The position numbers were made by a program, and so were the translations under genes. A stretch of DNA of 64,000 nt from a bacterium. Its GTDB lineage: Bacteria > Patescibacteriota > 4484-211 > GCA-002791395. The stretch lies in contig JALWZS010000038.1 in the NCBI GenBank assembly GCA_027002475.1, positions 46,032 to 110,031 of the forward strand, given 5' to 3'. Below the pieces are notes generated by a model that was not told the origin of the DNA, did no database searches, and saw only the letters and a list, made by a program, of their open reading frames with translations. Of this stretch, positions 38,319 to 47,879 are shown piece by piece (positions within the stretch are counted from its first letter, which is position 1; every line of letters starts with the position of its first letter).

Positions 38319-39119
38319 CTACTCTAGGTATTTGTCGATGACTGCTTTAATGACAGCATACGGTTGTGCACCTACAACCATTTCTCCTTCAAACTCACCA
38401 GAATCTGTATTCTTACCGATGAAGAATGTAGGAGTGCCTGTAGCTCCATATTTTTGCGCGTCGGCAAGGTCGTTTTGGACCTCGTCTTTGTACTTCTCTG
38501 AGTCCAAACACTGCTTAAACTTATTTGCGTCAAGACCTAGGTCTTTTGCGATTGTGTACAACTCCGACTTTGGCATTCCATTTCCATTTGAGTTGGTTTT
38601 GTTAAATATCTCGTCATGATACTTAAAATATGTTTCGTCATCGCCTTGCTCGCGGGCACAGTTGGCAGCTATGGCTTCCTGTGTGGCTAGTGGATCATGA
38701 AACGAAAGAGGTAAGTCGCGATATACGTATCTTAATCTTCCTGTATCTATATAGTCGCTTTTGATTTGTGCAAAAGATTGCGTAAAGTACCGCTTACAGA
38801 AAGGACATTCGTAATCACTAAAATCCACCATTACTACTGGTGCATTTGTGTCACCAATGGCTGGGTCGTCGTCAACTGAGACAAGAACGTTTGTTGGCTG
38901 TTCTTGTTGTGGTGCTTGAGCATTGTTCCCTTGAGGTGCTTGATTGTTTGATGGTGTGGTTGTAGTGTTATTGGAATTAGCTCCATTAAGTCCGAAAAAT
39001 AATGCAACGGAGATAAGTACACCCGTTATAATTATTGCAATTGGTACGCCAAGAGCGTTATTCGGTGATGTTGCAGTGGTTTGTTGTGTGTTTGTTGTGT
39101 CTTCATTCATAGCCTTCAC
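38319..39119 (-). CDS. DsbA-like thiol:disulfide oxidoreductase, membrane-anchored with low-complexity linker
   Basis: 266 aa. N-terminal TM, Asn/Thr/Gln-rich linker (NNTTTTPSNNQAPQGNNAQAPQQEQ), thioredoxin fold with CPFC active site. Confidence 0.7.
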   Translation of the reverse strand: MKAMNEDTTNTQQTTATSPNNALGVPIAIIITGVLISVALFFGLNGANSNNTTTTPSNNQAPQGNNAQAPQQEQPTNVLVSVDDDPAIGDTNAPVVMVDFSDYECPFCKRYFTQSFAQIKSDYIDTGRLRYVYRDLPLSFHDPLATQEAIAANCAREQGDDETYFKYHDEIFNKTNSNGNGMPKSELYTIAKDLGLDANKFKQCLDSEKYKDEVQNDLADAQKYGATGTPTFFIGKNTDSGEFEGEMVVGAQPYAVIKAVIDKYLE

Positions 39120-39126
39120 CCCCTTT

Positions 39127-39903
39127 CTACTTGATAAAGTGAATAATTCGATCTTGTATGTTTATGGTTAAATCAAATGCACCAATTTTAGTGAGGAATA
39201 TGCTTAAGACGTTGATGTCCCGTGCCAAAAGAAATATTCCACCAATTGTTAAAAACAAAAGCCCAGATACAAACTGGGTGCTGTGCCATGCAAGTTTTTT
39301 GCTTCTAACATTAAAACTGATGGTTTTTCCAATTACGGTTTTTCGTATGAATGTGGAAGTGCGTAGGAACCAACTAATAAGTAGCAGTGGAATGAAAATG
39401 CCCATAATGTAAAACGATAAAAGAATGACCGCTATGTGAGTACTTTGAGTAGCTGCTGATAGGGTTAGGATTGCTCCGATTATCGGACCTGCACACGGGC
39501 TCGATCCAATGCCAGATATTATTCCCAGCAAAAAAGGTCCAGCGTGCTTTAGACCTTGTACGTTTTGGGCTTTGTTTAGTAGCCCAGATAGAATGGGAAT
39601 GTTTACGTGTTTTCCAATAAGGATGTAAACTCCTGCGGATATGAATACTAAACCTGTTAAGATTCCAACAAATGTGGGGTTTGGCCTAATCAATCGGGCG
39701 AGCGTTGCCGCTCCTAGTGCTAAGGGTATGTATATAATGGCAAGTCCCAGCGCAAACAAAAAAGTTGCCTGCAATAACTTTATTTTTCCATTGAAGGTGT
39801 AAGCAAAGTAGCTAGGGAGCACCATCGCCGTACAGGGCGAGAAAAAAGAGAGAGCGCCTCCTACAATGGAAATTATGGCAAGGAGAAGAACGGATGTAAA
39901 CAT
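39127..39903 (-). CDS. ccdA: Cytochrome c biogenesis/thiol-disulfide transporter CcdA (DsbD transmembrane domain)
   Basis: 258 aa, 6-8 TM. GGALSFFSPCTAMVLP motif with the conserved Cys pair. Confidence 0.75.
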   Translation of the reverse strand: MFTSVLLLAIISIVGGALSFFSPCTAMVLPSYFAYTFNGKIKLLQATFLFALGLAIIYIPLALGAATLARLIRPNPTFVGILTGLVFISAGVYILIGKHVNIPILSGLLNKAQNVQGLKHAGPFLLGIISGIGSSPCAGPIIGAILTLSAATQSTHIAVILLSFYIMGIFIPLLLISWFLRTSTFIRKTVIGKTISFNVRSKKLAWHSTQFVSGLLFLTIGGIFLLARDINVLSIFLTKIGAFDLTINIQDRIIHFIK

Positions 39904-39939
39904 AACTACTAAAGAGTTTAGTAGTTATGTTTGATTAGG

Positions 39940-40839
39940 TCAAGGGGCAGGCGTGTGGCATGCGGTATGTTTTGTACTGTTGAAAACATGAGTGTTGTTA
40001 GCAAACCCACCAATGCTGTTTGAAAAAACAACTAGTATAAGTGCAATAAGGACAAATGAAAGAAAAGCCTCCTTGCTAACCCTAGTTAGTTTGGCTACTT
40101 CTTCAGCATCGTTTGATACAAGCAATTCAACTCGTTCTTGTTGCATTGCACTAAATGCGACGAGGTGGGGTAAAGTATGTGTTGGGTTAGACAGTTTGGC
40201 GAGCGCGCAAAGAAGATGACGTTCGCCTACGTTTTTTATTGCAAAACTATCTGCCTCAAGCTCAATTGCAACAAGAAATGAATGCTCTATGCGAAAGAGG
40301 ACGTTTTTAATAAATGGAACCATTTTGAGTGGTAAGAGAAGTGCTTGCATAAGTAACGTTTTGAGTGATGCAAATGTTTTTGCATGATGTTGTTCGTGTG
40401 TTATGACACTAAGAAGTTCTTGTGTACTAAGTGAGTTTAGCAATGCGGACGATATGTAGATCGTAGGGCGAATAATCCCAGCACAATAAGAAAAAGGTTT
40501 TGTTGTGGGCACAACTTTTATTTTGTTTTTAATGGGTATGTTGAGGTTATTGTTTTCTGACATTTGGAGGAATGGCTTTGTTGGGATTTTTTGTGAGAGG
40601 GTTTTATATTTTAAGGCTTTGTATAACAAGTAAAAGGTGGCAGTCAGCAAGATGAAAACTAATGCTACTACTGTTAAGAACGTGGAGTATTCAGTTAGTA
40701 GTGTGTTTATTAGCGTTGTACATAATCGCAATGCTTCAGGGAATATATGTAATACTAGTTTGAGTAACTGCGCAACTAGTAAGCCTAGAAGCAGGTTGGT
40801 GCTAAATACTACAACTAACAAAAAAGTGCTTTTCGACAT
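39940..40839 (-). CDS. M56-family (BlaR1-like) membrane zinc metallopeptidase, sensor domain absent
   Basis: 299 aa, 4 TM. HEQHH (HExxH) zinc motif in the BlaR1/MecR1 arrangement. Directly downstream of the BlaI-like repressor. No extracellular penicillin-binding sensor domain. Confidence 0.65.
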   Translation of the reverse strand: MSKSTFLLVVVFSTNLLLGLLVAQLLKLVLHIFPEALRLCTTLINTLLTEYSTFLTVVALVFILLTATFYLLYKALKYKTLSQKIPTKPFLQMSENNNLNIPIKNKIKVVPTTKPFSYCAGIIRPTIYISSALLNSLSTQELLSVITHEQHHAKTFASLKTLLMQALLLPLKMVPFIKNVLFRIEHSFLVAIELEADSFAIKNVGERHLLCALAKLSNPTHTLPHLVAFSAMQQERVELLVSNDAEEVAKLTRVSKEAFLSFVLIALILVVFSNSIGGFANNTHVFNSTKHTACHTPAP

Positions 40840-40842
40840 GAT

Positions 40843-41211
40843 TTACAGTTTTGCGAGTTTAGAAATGAGTTTGTCCCTTAGATCCTTAGGAAGTCCTTCG
40901 ATCCCTGCAGCAAACTGATTTAGGGCTACTTCGCCAAACTGGTTAAAGAGCTCTTCTACCGTTAATGTAACTCGTTCTGTTGCAAATTGCTCTTTTGTAT
41001 GCTTAGGAGAATACACATACGCTTTGTTTCTTCTAGATCGAGTTAAGTGACCTTTCTTATAAAGGATATCTAGCATTGTCATCACTGTTGTGTATGCAAC
41101 CTTTTTCTTTTTCAGGAGGTTGTTTAGTACGTCTCGTACTGTGCTAGGACCTTGTTCCCATATTATTTCCATGATTTCTCGTTCGGCGTCGGTTAAATGG
41201 AGGGTTTGCAT
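40843..41211 (-). CDS. BlaI/MecI/CopY-family winged-helix transcriptional repressor
   Basis: 122 aa. LTDAEREIMEIIWEQGPSTVRDV...YTTVMTMLDILYKKGHLTR matches the penicillinase-repressor family. Confidence 0.75.
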   Translation of the reverse strand: MQTLHLTDAEREIMEIIWEQGPSTVRDVLNNLLKKKKVAYTTVMTMLDILYKKGHLTRSRRNKAYVYSPKHTKEQFATERVTLTVEELFNQFGEVALNQFAAGIEGLPKDLRDKLISKLAKL

Positions 41212-41299
41212 TTAACTACTATACCACATCGTAGCCTTTGGCTTAGATGCTTTATTATTAGTCTTGTGGGTTGGTCTAAGTTCTTGTACAATTTTAAAT

Positions 41300-42127
41300 A
41301 TGGAAGGTAGAGATAACGATAACCTTAAGGTAAACGCCGCACCAGAAGCCCAAAAAGATAACAGCAGGGAACAAGAAGAGAAAAAGCCATTTCCACTACT
41401 TTTAGTTATAGTAGCACTACTTGGTATCGCGGTTGTTGTAGGAGGTTTGTTTATATTAACCTCTAGCTCAAAAGATGAAACAGATTCTAACACTAGTGGT
41501 AAATCGCCGACTGTTGCAGTAAAGCCTTCTGATAGTGTGAAAGAAGAGGTTAAGCTACCTGAATACGAATCTGTTGGTAGTGCAAAGGCGTTAGACGAAA
41601 TTGTTAAGAGCGCACAGGAATGGGGCGGTGATGTTAAATTTGTAACTTGTTCAGGACTAGTTCTTCCCCACCGAGTGGGGGATGTTCAATACTACATCGG
41701 TGGCAATGACGGGACGTTCCCTTTATGGAGTTGTACTGTTTACTCTCCAAGTAAAAAGCAGGATACTGAAGTAGAGTGGTATAAAGGAACGGTTGAAGTT
41801 AAAGAACCTCATACAACTTGGGGTGCGCCAGGTGCCTCTGCTTATGAACAAGACCCAGATTCTAGGATATTTTATGATCCTGAGGTCTTTACTGATACGA
41901 CTACTTTAATCCCATTACTAAAGGAACAAGGAGTTGATTTCTCTAATGAATATATAACCTTTGCTTTTGGGTTCTACGGTGCGCAAAAAATATATAGCAG
42001 TAAACCAGTTTGGCAGGTAGACGTATATAGCCGAAACGAGAAGGACGACCCGACCGACAAGTATTCCCAGGGTAAAAAACTTAGAATGATTTTTATAGAT
42101 GGTCCATCTGGAGAGGTCTTAGACTAA
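41300..42127 (+). CDS. Hypothetical membrane-anchored exported protein
   Basis: Start chosen at MEGRDNDN (the table ORF starts 36 nt upstream). Charged N-terminus, one TM (LLLVIVALLGIAVVVGGLFIL), ~200-aa exported domain. No known domain. Confidence 0.45.
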   Translation: MEGRDNDNLKVNAAPEAQKDNSREQEEKKPFPLLLVIVALLGIAVVVGGLFILTSSSKDETDSNTSGKSPTVAVKPSDSVKEEVKLPEYESVGSAKALDEIVKSAQEWGGDVKFVTCSGLVLPHRVGDVQYYIGGNDGTFPLWSCTVYSPSKKQDTEVEWYKGTVEVKEPHTTWGAPGASAYEQDPDSRIFYDPEVFTDTTTLIPLLKEQGVDFSNEYITFAFGFYGAQKIYSSKPVWQVDVYSRNEKDDPTDKYSQGKKLRMIFIDGPSGEVLD

Positions 42128-42172
42128 AGCCCTCATCTGCCCCATTAAGTAGTGCGGTAAAATGTTTCTCTT

Positions 42173-42919
42173 ATGAGAAGTAACATCCTTAACAAAAACG
42201 CTTTAATTGGTATATTAACTTTTGTTGCTCTTGTTTTAGCTATAGCAAATATATCTAAAGAGTTAAAACAAACTTCAGTTACTGCGTATACTGTTGTTGC
42301 TAAGAGTCTTAATGAGTTGATATCTCCAAGTCCTACCCCTTTGCTGATTATGATAAAGAATACTAATTGGTGGGAATACCCAGACGAGATAGAAACGATT
42401 CCTCTTGGAGAGATTGGAGTAAAAACAATAGTTAATAAAAGGTACAAACTTCCTGCTAACTATGTTCCGTCAGATCTTATACAACTGCAATCAACGGTGT
42501 TTTTAAGAGTACGACCTGGAATTATGTTACAAAACGATGCAGCTAATGCGTTATACAAAATGGCGCGATCTGCTAAAGAGGATGGAATAGATTTGTTTGT
42601 GCGTTCAGGATATCGTTCTTATTCTACTCAGATCAACACGTATAACTATTGGGTTAAGTTTTTAAGCGGAGACACTGCTGCAGCGGACAAAGTTTCTGCA
42701 AGAGCAGGACATAGCGAGCATCAATTGGGCACTGCTGTTGATTTTAGTACAAACGAGGTCAGTGATGTTCTTTCACCTGGATTTGCAAACACAAAAGCAT
42801 ATAAATGGCTTTTAGAGAACGCTAATGATTTTGGGTTTAAGCTTTCCTACCCACGAGGAAAAGAATATGAGACTGGGTATTCATTTGAACCTTGGCACTG
42901 GCGATGGTGGAGTGAGTAG
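42173..42919 (+). CDS. D-alanyl-D-alanine carboxypeptidase, VanY/M15B family
   Basis: 248 aa. N-terminal TM. SGYRSYSTQ, HSEHQLGTAVDF and EPWHWRW are diagnostic M15B motifs. Confidence 0.75.
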   Translation: MRSNILNKNALIGILTFVALVLAIANISKELKQTSVTAYTVVAKSLNELISPSPTPLLIMIKNTNWWEYPDEIETIPLGEIGVKTIVNKRYKLPANYVPSDLIQLQSTVFLRVRPGIMLQNDAANALYKMARSAKEDGIDLFVRSGYRSYSTQINTYNYWVKFLSGDTAAADKVSARAGHSEHQLGTAVDFSTNEVSDVLSPGFANTKAYKWLLENANDFGFKLSYPRGKEYETGYSFEPWHWRWWSE

Positions 42920-42920
42920 T

Positions 42921-44351
42921 TTACTTTACTTGAACAACGGTCATCATTCCTGCTTCAGCATGTTCAAGTATGTGACAATGATTTACCCAATCTCCCTTAT
43001 CTAATGGGACCAACCCTAACTCAACCGACTCCTTTGGACCTAGTAGTACTGTGTCTCTGAAAAAGCCTTCATCATACGGAGCTCCGTTTTTAGTTAACAC
43101 CTTGAAAAACTGCCCATGCAAATGCATTGGGTGTAGCCTTGAAGACCTATTCACAAACTTTATTTTGTTAAACTGATTGTAAGTTAGCGTGACTGGATCG
43201 TAGTCTGGGAACGCCTTGCCGTTAATTGTCCACTCGATTCCGTATTTGCCTCCCCGTCTTGCGTCAAGCGTATATGTCTTGTCTGTAGCGACTTGTGTTG
43301 CCTCGCTCCAGTCAGGGACATTTGGATTTGTTGGGTAGCTAAAGTTTGGAGTTTCAACAGGATCCCCTTCTACTCTAATTTTGCCTAAGACATTTGCTTT
43401 CTTTGTAAAAATATCAGTTACTTCGTACTCGCCCTTGTCTTGTGGCAGTGTTATGTCGACGTCGAGGCGATTACCTGGTGCTAGGTAAAAACCGTTTGGG
43501 TCAAAGGTTTTCTTCACGTACATACCATCTACAGCAATGGCAGTAGCACTAAGTTTCGGAAAGTTTAAAAGATACACGCGCCCGTTAGACGTATTTACTA
43601 ATCTAAGTCGTATCCGTTCTCCTGGGCGAGCTGTTATTGTCTCCTGGGACTTTCCGTTAACTGTTATCAGGTTACCCCATCGGCCATCGTGCATTAAGTC
43701 ACGGATGGTGTTGAACTTCGAGTAAACTTGTGCATTTTCGTCTAAGAGCCAATCGTCTACCACCCAGACGATATCTTGGTTGTATTTGTCGCTATACTCG
43801 TCTTCAACTATAAGAGTACCGAATAAGCCTCGTTCAACTTGTTCGCTGGATCTTACGTGAGGATGAAACCAGAAAGTTCCTGCGTCCTTAGGTATGAAGT
43901 CGTATGTGAAGGAGCCTCCTGGTTGAACGGGGTCCTGTGTGACTCCCGGTACACCATCCATTGCATTAGGTACTCGTACTCCATGCCAGTGAACGGTTGT
44001 TTCTTGAGGAAGTTCGTTTCTGAATTTTATCTTTACTCTGTCGCCTAGTTTGATTTGTATGCTAGGACCTGGAACGGATCCATTGTAATTCCAAACTTTT
44101 GTTTTATAACCATCGACTATGTCTACTTCACCCTCACTAGCAGTGAGTTCCAGTTCTATGACATTACCACTTGGGGTGACATCTTTTGTGTATGCCTTGC
44201 TAAATTCTTCCCTTAGTTTTTCTTTTGTGGAGGGTGAAACGCTGGGATGCTCTGTAGTTTTTTGATAGGTGATAATTGCAAATAACGACAGCAGCGCTAT
44301 AACTCCGATTAGTATTATTAAAATATTTGATTTTATAAATAACTTATGCAT
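42921..44351 (-). CDS. Multicopper oxidase (laccase/CueO-like), membrane-anchored
   Basis: Start taken at MHKLFIKSNILIILIGVIALLSLF (the table ORF extends to 44489). Copper-binding motifs HWHG and HCHILEHAEAGMM. Three cupredoxin domains. Confidence 0.8.
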   Translation of the reverse strand: MHKLFIKSNILIILIGVIALLSLFAIITYQKTTEHPSVSPSTKEKLREEFSKAYTKDVTPSGNVIELELTASEGEVDIVDGYKTKVWNYNGSVPGPSIQIKLGDRVKIKFRNELPQETTVHWHGVRVPNAMDGVPGVTQDPVQPGGSFTYDFIPKDAGTFWFHPHVRSSEQVERGLFGTLIVEDEYSDKYNQDIVWVVDDWLLDENAQVYSKFNTIRDLMHDGRWGNLITVNGKSQETITARPGERIRLRLVNTSNGRVYLLNFPKLSATAIAVDGMYVKKTFDPNGFYLAPGNRLDVDITLPQDKGEYEVTDIFTKKANVLGKIRVEGDPVETPNFSYPTNPNVPDWSEATQVATDKTYTLDARRGGKYGIEWTINGKAFPDYDPVTLTYNQFNKIKFVNRSSRLHPMHLHGQFFKVLTKNGAPYDEGFFRDTVLLGPKESVELGLVPLDKGDWVNHCHILEHAEAGMMTVVQVK

Positions 44352-44534
44352 GTTTTTAAACGTACTTACTATACCATATAGTAGATGCGAAGTGTCACTA
44401 CATAGCGTAGGAATAAGCTTTAGGAATATGACTAGCTTAAAATATGTCTGGTTTTGACTGAAGAAATGCAATAACCGTTTTTGCCACAACGCTAGTTTGA
44501 GGTGTTTGTTCTGTTTGAAATTTGTTTTTTGAGC

Positions 44535-44611
44535 TTGGTCGGGGTGGTGGGACTTGAACCCACGACCTCACGGCCCCCAGCCGTACGCGCTAGCCGTCTG
44601 CGCCACACCCC
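44535..44611 (-). tRNA. tRNA-Pro (anticodon GGG)
   Basis: Manual fold of the reverse complement: acceptor CGGGGTG/CACCCCG, U8, D-stem GCGC/GCGC, anticodon stem TACGG/CCGTG with loop C-U-GGG-G-G, T-arm GTGGG-TTCAAGT-CCCAC, discriminator A, encoded CCA. Confidence 0.8.
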
Positions 44612-44654
44612 GATGCTTTAACGATTATACAACCTTTTAGGCTATAATTGACCA

Positions 44655-45164
44655 ATGCAAGAGGTGGATATAAATAAGATTAAGGTCTTAGCGGATTTGC
44701 ATAAGAAACACGGTAAGTCTTGGCATTTTCATATCTTAACCCCGCAGTGTTTGTTAAACACCGTCAAAAAATATGCTCTTATTCTTGAAAGCCTAACAGA
44801 TAACGAAACTCACGTTTGTTACTCAGATGAACCTTATATAGAGGTTGGGGCAGAGCTTGCAAAGCTCTTGCAGGATACGACTACTCCTAGCACTCCTGGC
44901 GAAAACGTAGATATCTCAATGGAATTATCAGATGCTATTAAACCAATTCTAAAAAGAGCAAATGAGCTGACTAACCAAAAAACTCCGTGGCACTATCATT
45001 TGCTTACGCCTGATTGTGCCCTTAATGAAGATAAGGGGAAGTGGGTAATTATCCTTGAAGACAATGGGAATGATGAGGTTCTTAAGGCTAAATACGATAA
45101 AGAACCTAAGTTTGACTTAGCTGCGCTGGAGTTACTCTTTTACCAACAAAAGAAGTCCTCTTAA
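44655..45164 (+). CDS. Hypothetical protein with internally duplicated ~60-aa domain (W-H-[FY]-H-[IL]-L-T-P-x-C ... IILE)
   Basis: 169 aa. Repeat 1 KSWHFHILTPQCLLN...YALILESLTDNE. Repeat 2 TPWHYHLLTPDCALN...KWVIILEDNGNDE. Conserved His/Cys suggest metal or nucleotide binding. Confidence 0.5.
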   Translation: MQEVDINKIKVLADLHKKHGKSWHFHILTPQCLLNTVKKYALILESLTDNETHVCYSDEPYIEVGAELAKLLQDTTTPSTPGENVDISMELSDAIKPILKRANELTNQKTPWHYHLLTPDCALNEDKGKWVIILEDNGNDEVLKAKYDKEPKFDLAALELLFYQQKKSS

Positions 45165-45213
45165 AGTCAAAATATACTCCCGATTTTTTAGTTAACGTGT
45201 TATCTTAAGTCAA

Positions 45214-45762
45214 GTGCCATACGATTTGCTTGATGTACTAAAACGTTATAAGGCCTTTGATGATAACGAAGCTTTAATGCTGGCTAAATTTATTAATTTT
45301 TTATCTTCAGGAGAAAACCACTTTGACAGAAGCCGGTTAGATGGACATGTTACTGGTTCAGCTTGGGTGCTAGATAAGTCTAAAGAATATGCTTTATTAA
45401 CACATCACTTGAAGTTAGATAAATGGTTGCAGTTGGGGGGACATTGCGATGGTAATAAAGACGTGCTTAACGTTGCTTTGACTGAGGTTAGGGAAGAGTC
45501 TGGGTTGAAGTCGGTTCGAGCCATAACAAATGCGGTGTTTGATATTGACGCGCATCGTATTCCCGTAAGGAACAATGTTCCTGCGCACTTTCACTATGAT
45601 GTGCGTTTTTTACTTGAGGCAGATAAAAATGAGACAATTAAGAAGCAAGATTTGGAGTCGAAAGAAGTCCGTTGGGTAAAGTTGCAAGATATTGAAAAGC
45701 TTGCCCCCTACGAAAGCGTAATGCGAATGGTGCGAAAATCGATGCATAATAATTGGGGCTAG
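45214..45762 (+). CDS. NUDIX hydrolase
   Basis: 182 aa. Nudix box GGHCDGNKDVLNVALTEVREESGL. Confidence 0.7.
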   Translation: MPYDLLDVLKRYKAFDDNEALMLAKFINFLSSGENHFDRSRLDGHVTGSAWVLDKSKEYALLTHHLKLDKWLQLGGHCDGNKDVLNVALTEVREESGLKSVRAITNAVFDIDAHRIPVRNNVPAHFHYDVRFLLEADKNETIKKQDLESKEVRWVKLQDIEKLAPYESVMRMVRKSMHNNWG

Positions 45763-45835
45763 ATCCGCAGTTCTAGCCAGTTAAGAATAGTTTACTCGGT
45801 ATGAATTTGTGCTATAAAGTCAATAACACTAGTGC

Positions 45836-45912
45836 GAGTCCGTAGCTCAGTTGGCTAGAGCGTTCGGGTCACATCCGAAAGGTCGCTGGTTCGAATCCAG
45901 CCGGACTCACCA
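45836..45912 (+). tRNA. tRNA-Val (anticodon CAC)
   Basis: Manual fold: acceptor GAGTCCG/CGGACTC, U8, D-arm GCTC-AGTTGGCTA-GAGC, anticodon arm TTCGG-G-U-CAC-A-T-CCGAA, T-arm GCTGG-TTCGAAT-CCAGC, discriminator A, encoded CCA. Confidence 0.85.
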
Positions 45913-45926
45913 ATTCGTACATAATT

Positions 45927-46901
45927 ATGATTATTAACGATAGAATTCACGGCGAGATTACAGTAAAAGAGCCCGTAATTGAAAGGCTTTTACAGACCAA
46001 ACCACTCGTTAGGCTTAAAGGTGTTAGTCAAGACGGAGCCCCACACTTCATTCAACCCAGAAGAAACGTTACTCGCTTTGAGCATAGTGTCGGTGTATGG
46101 TACTTATCAAATCGTTTTAATCGCCCGATTGAAGAACAAATTGCCTGTTTAATCCACGATATCCCACATACTGCCTTTTCACATGTAGCTGATTTCGTTT
46201 TTCCTAACGAAAAGCACGAATTCCACGACAGCTTTTTAACGGAAGTGGTCTTAAAGTCTGAAATACCTGCTATTTTAAAAGAACATGGAATTGATGTTGA
46301 TAATGTTTTGGATAAGGGACGATTCCCTTTGTTAGAAAACGAACTGCCAGATATCTCTTTTGACCGATGGGATTATTTTATGAGGGACGGTTATATGATC
46401 GGATTTTTGCCAAGAAAGACAATTAAACTTTTTATGGGAAGTATGTTTATAGAAAACGAACAGATTTTCTTTGTCGATGAACGAATTGCATCAATGTTTG
46501 CAATTTTATTCGTAAACTTCTCAAGGCTTATTTGGCTCGATCCTGTGTCTCATGCTAGTTTTTTCTTGCTAGCAGAAGCTGTAAAGGCGGCGATTCAAGA
46601 AGGGGTGATAGGTATGGAAGATCTGTTTTTAGTCGATGAAGACGTATTGAAAAAACTTAAGGCTTCAAATAATGAGCGTGTTAACTCATTCCTTAAGCGG
46701 TTAAAACCAGGGGAGGAATTTATTTATGTGCCAAAGGGTGAAGCAGAATTTTACGGACCCAACAAGCTAAGGTTTGTAGATCCTTTGGTTAAAAAGGATG
46801 GGGAACTTAAACGAGTTAGTGAGATTGTTCCAAGTTTGGGGTATTACTTTAAAGAATTAAAGGATAGGTACTCAATGATTGGCGTAAAGCAAGTGACATA
46901 G
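45927..46901 (+). CDS. HD-domain metal-dependent phosphohydrolase
   Basis: 324 aa. FEHSVGVW...LIHDIPHTAFSH (H...HD...H) signature. Confidence 0.65.
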   Translation: MIINDRIHGEITVKEPVIERLLQTKPLVRLKGVSQDGAPHFIQPRRNVTRFEHSVGVWYLSNRFNRPIEEQIACLIHDIPHTAFSHVADFVFPNEKHEFHDSFLTEVVLKSEIPAILKEHGIDVDNVLDKGRFPLLENELPDISFDRWDYFMRDGYMIGFLPRKTIKLFMGSMFIENEQIFFVDERIASMFAILFVNFSRLIWLDPVSHASFFLLAEAVKAAIQEGVIGMEDLFLVDEDVLKKLKASNNERVNSFLKRLKPGEEFIYVPKGEAEFYGPNKLRFVDPLVKKDGELKRVSEIVPSLGYYFKELKDRYSMIGVKQVT

Positions 46902-46988
46902 GTGATGACCGCTGCTTGAGTGGTTTATATTTACTGATTAGGAGGTATAAGTCTAGAGCTTGTTACTATTTATTCGTTTAATAGCCTG

Positions 46989-47825
46989 TTAGCCATTTAG
47001 TATCTCATTGTATATTTCACTAAGTTTGTGTCTTGTCTTTGTGTAAATCTTTTTTGGCGAAATAGACTCTTGGATTTGGTCAAGATTTAGCTTTTCGTTG
47101 TACCAGTCGTCAATTATATTTTTCCAATTTTTTGTGTAGTGGGCATAGGCTCGAAGCCTAACATACGCAAAATCTTTATAATGACCTTTTAACCTGCGAG
47201 ATGAGGCAAATACATAAATGTCTTTAGATGAGCGGACTTCGCCTAGTCTATTTACACGAATGGTTAAGTCTGCATCGTCTAAGTAAATAGGGTCAACTAT
47301 CTGCTCGTTAAATCCACCGACTTTTTCCCATGCACTTTTTCTAATGGCAAGGTTTTGAGTTGATAACGCTTGTGCCCCAAAGGCTATACGCGATAGCTTA
47401 AGTAAGCCTATCTTGTGAGCAATTTTGGTCGAAACATACGGAATAGTTCCATCGTCAAATATTGCATAACCTCCTATTGCAAGAAGATTTGGGTCGTTTT
47501 GCATCTCGTTAAATAGTTTCATTAACCAGTCTTTAGGGGGGCGGCAGTCTGCATCTGTGCTAACTATTATCTCGGCTTTAGCTACTTTAAATCCGGTGTT
47601 TCTTGCAATTGCTACTCCTTTTATTGGCTGCTCAATCAGTTTAATTCCAGGGAATTGTTTTACTATTTGGATGGTTGCGTCGGTAGAACCATTATCAACA
47701 ACAATAACTTCGTATGGATATGGAAAGTCTTGGTTTCGTACGCTTTGGAGTGTGTCATGGATAAACTCTTCTTCGTTTAGAGCTGGGATAACAACGCTAA
47801 GAACTGGAGTTTCTTCCATACTCAA
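46989..47825 (-). CDS. Family 2 glycosyltransferase
   Basis: 278 aa. LSVVIPALNEE, VVDNGSTD and TDADC (DxD) motifs. Confidence 0.75.
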   Translation of the reverse strand: MSMEETPVLSVVIPALNEEEFIHDTLQSVRNQDFPYPYEVIVVDNGSTDATIQIVKQFPGIKLIEQPIKGVAIARNTGFKVAKAEIIVSTDADCRPPKDWLMKLFNEMQNDPNLLAIGGYAIFDDGTIPYVSTKIAHKIGLLKLSRIAFGAQALSTQNLAIRKSAWEKVGGFNEQIVDPIYLDDADLTIRVNRLGEVRSSKDIYVFASSRRLKGHYKDFAYVRLRAYAHYTKNWKNIIDDWYNEKLNLDQIQESISPKKIYTKTRHKLSEIYNEILNG

Positions 47826-47879
47826 GCAATTGTAGCAAATTGATTGACTCGATCAGCAGTCCACAAGCGTGATGCGGGA

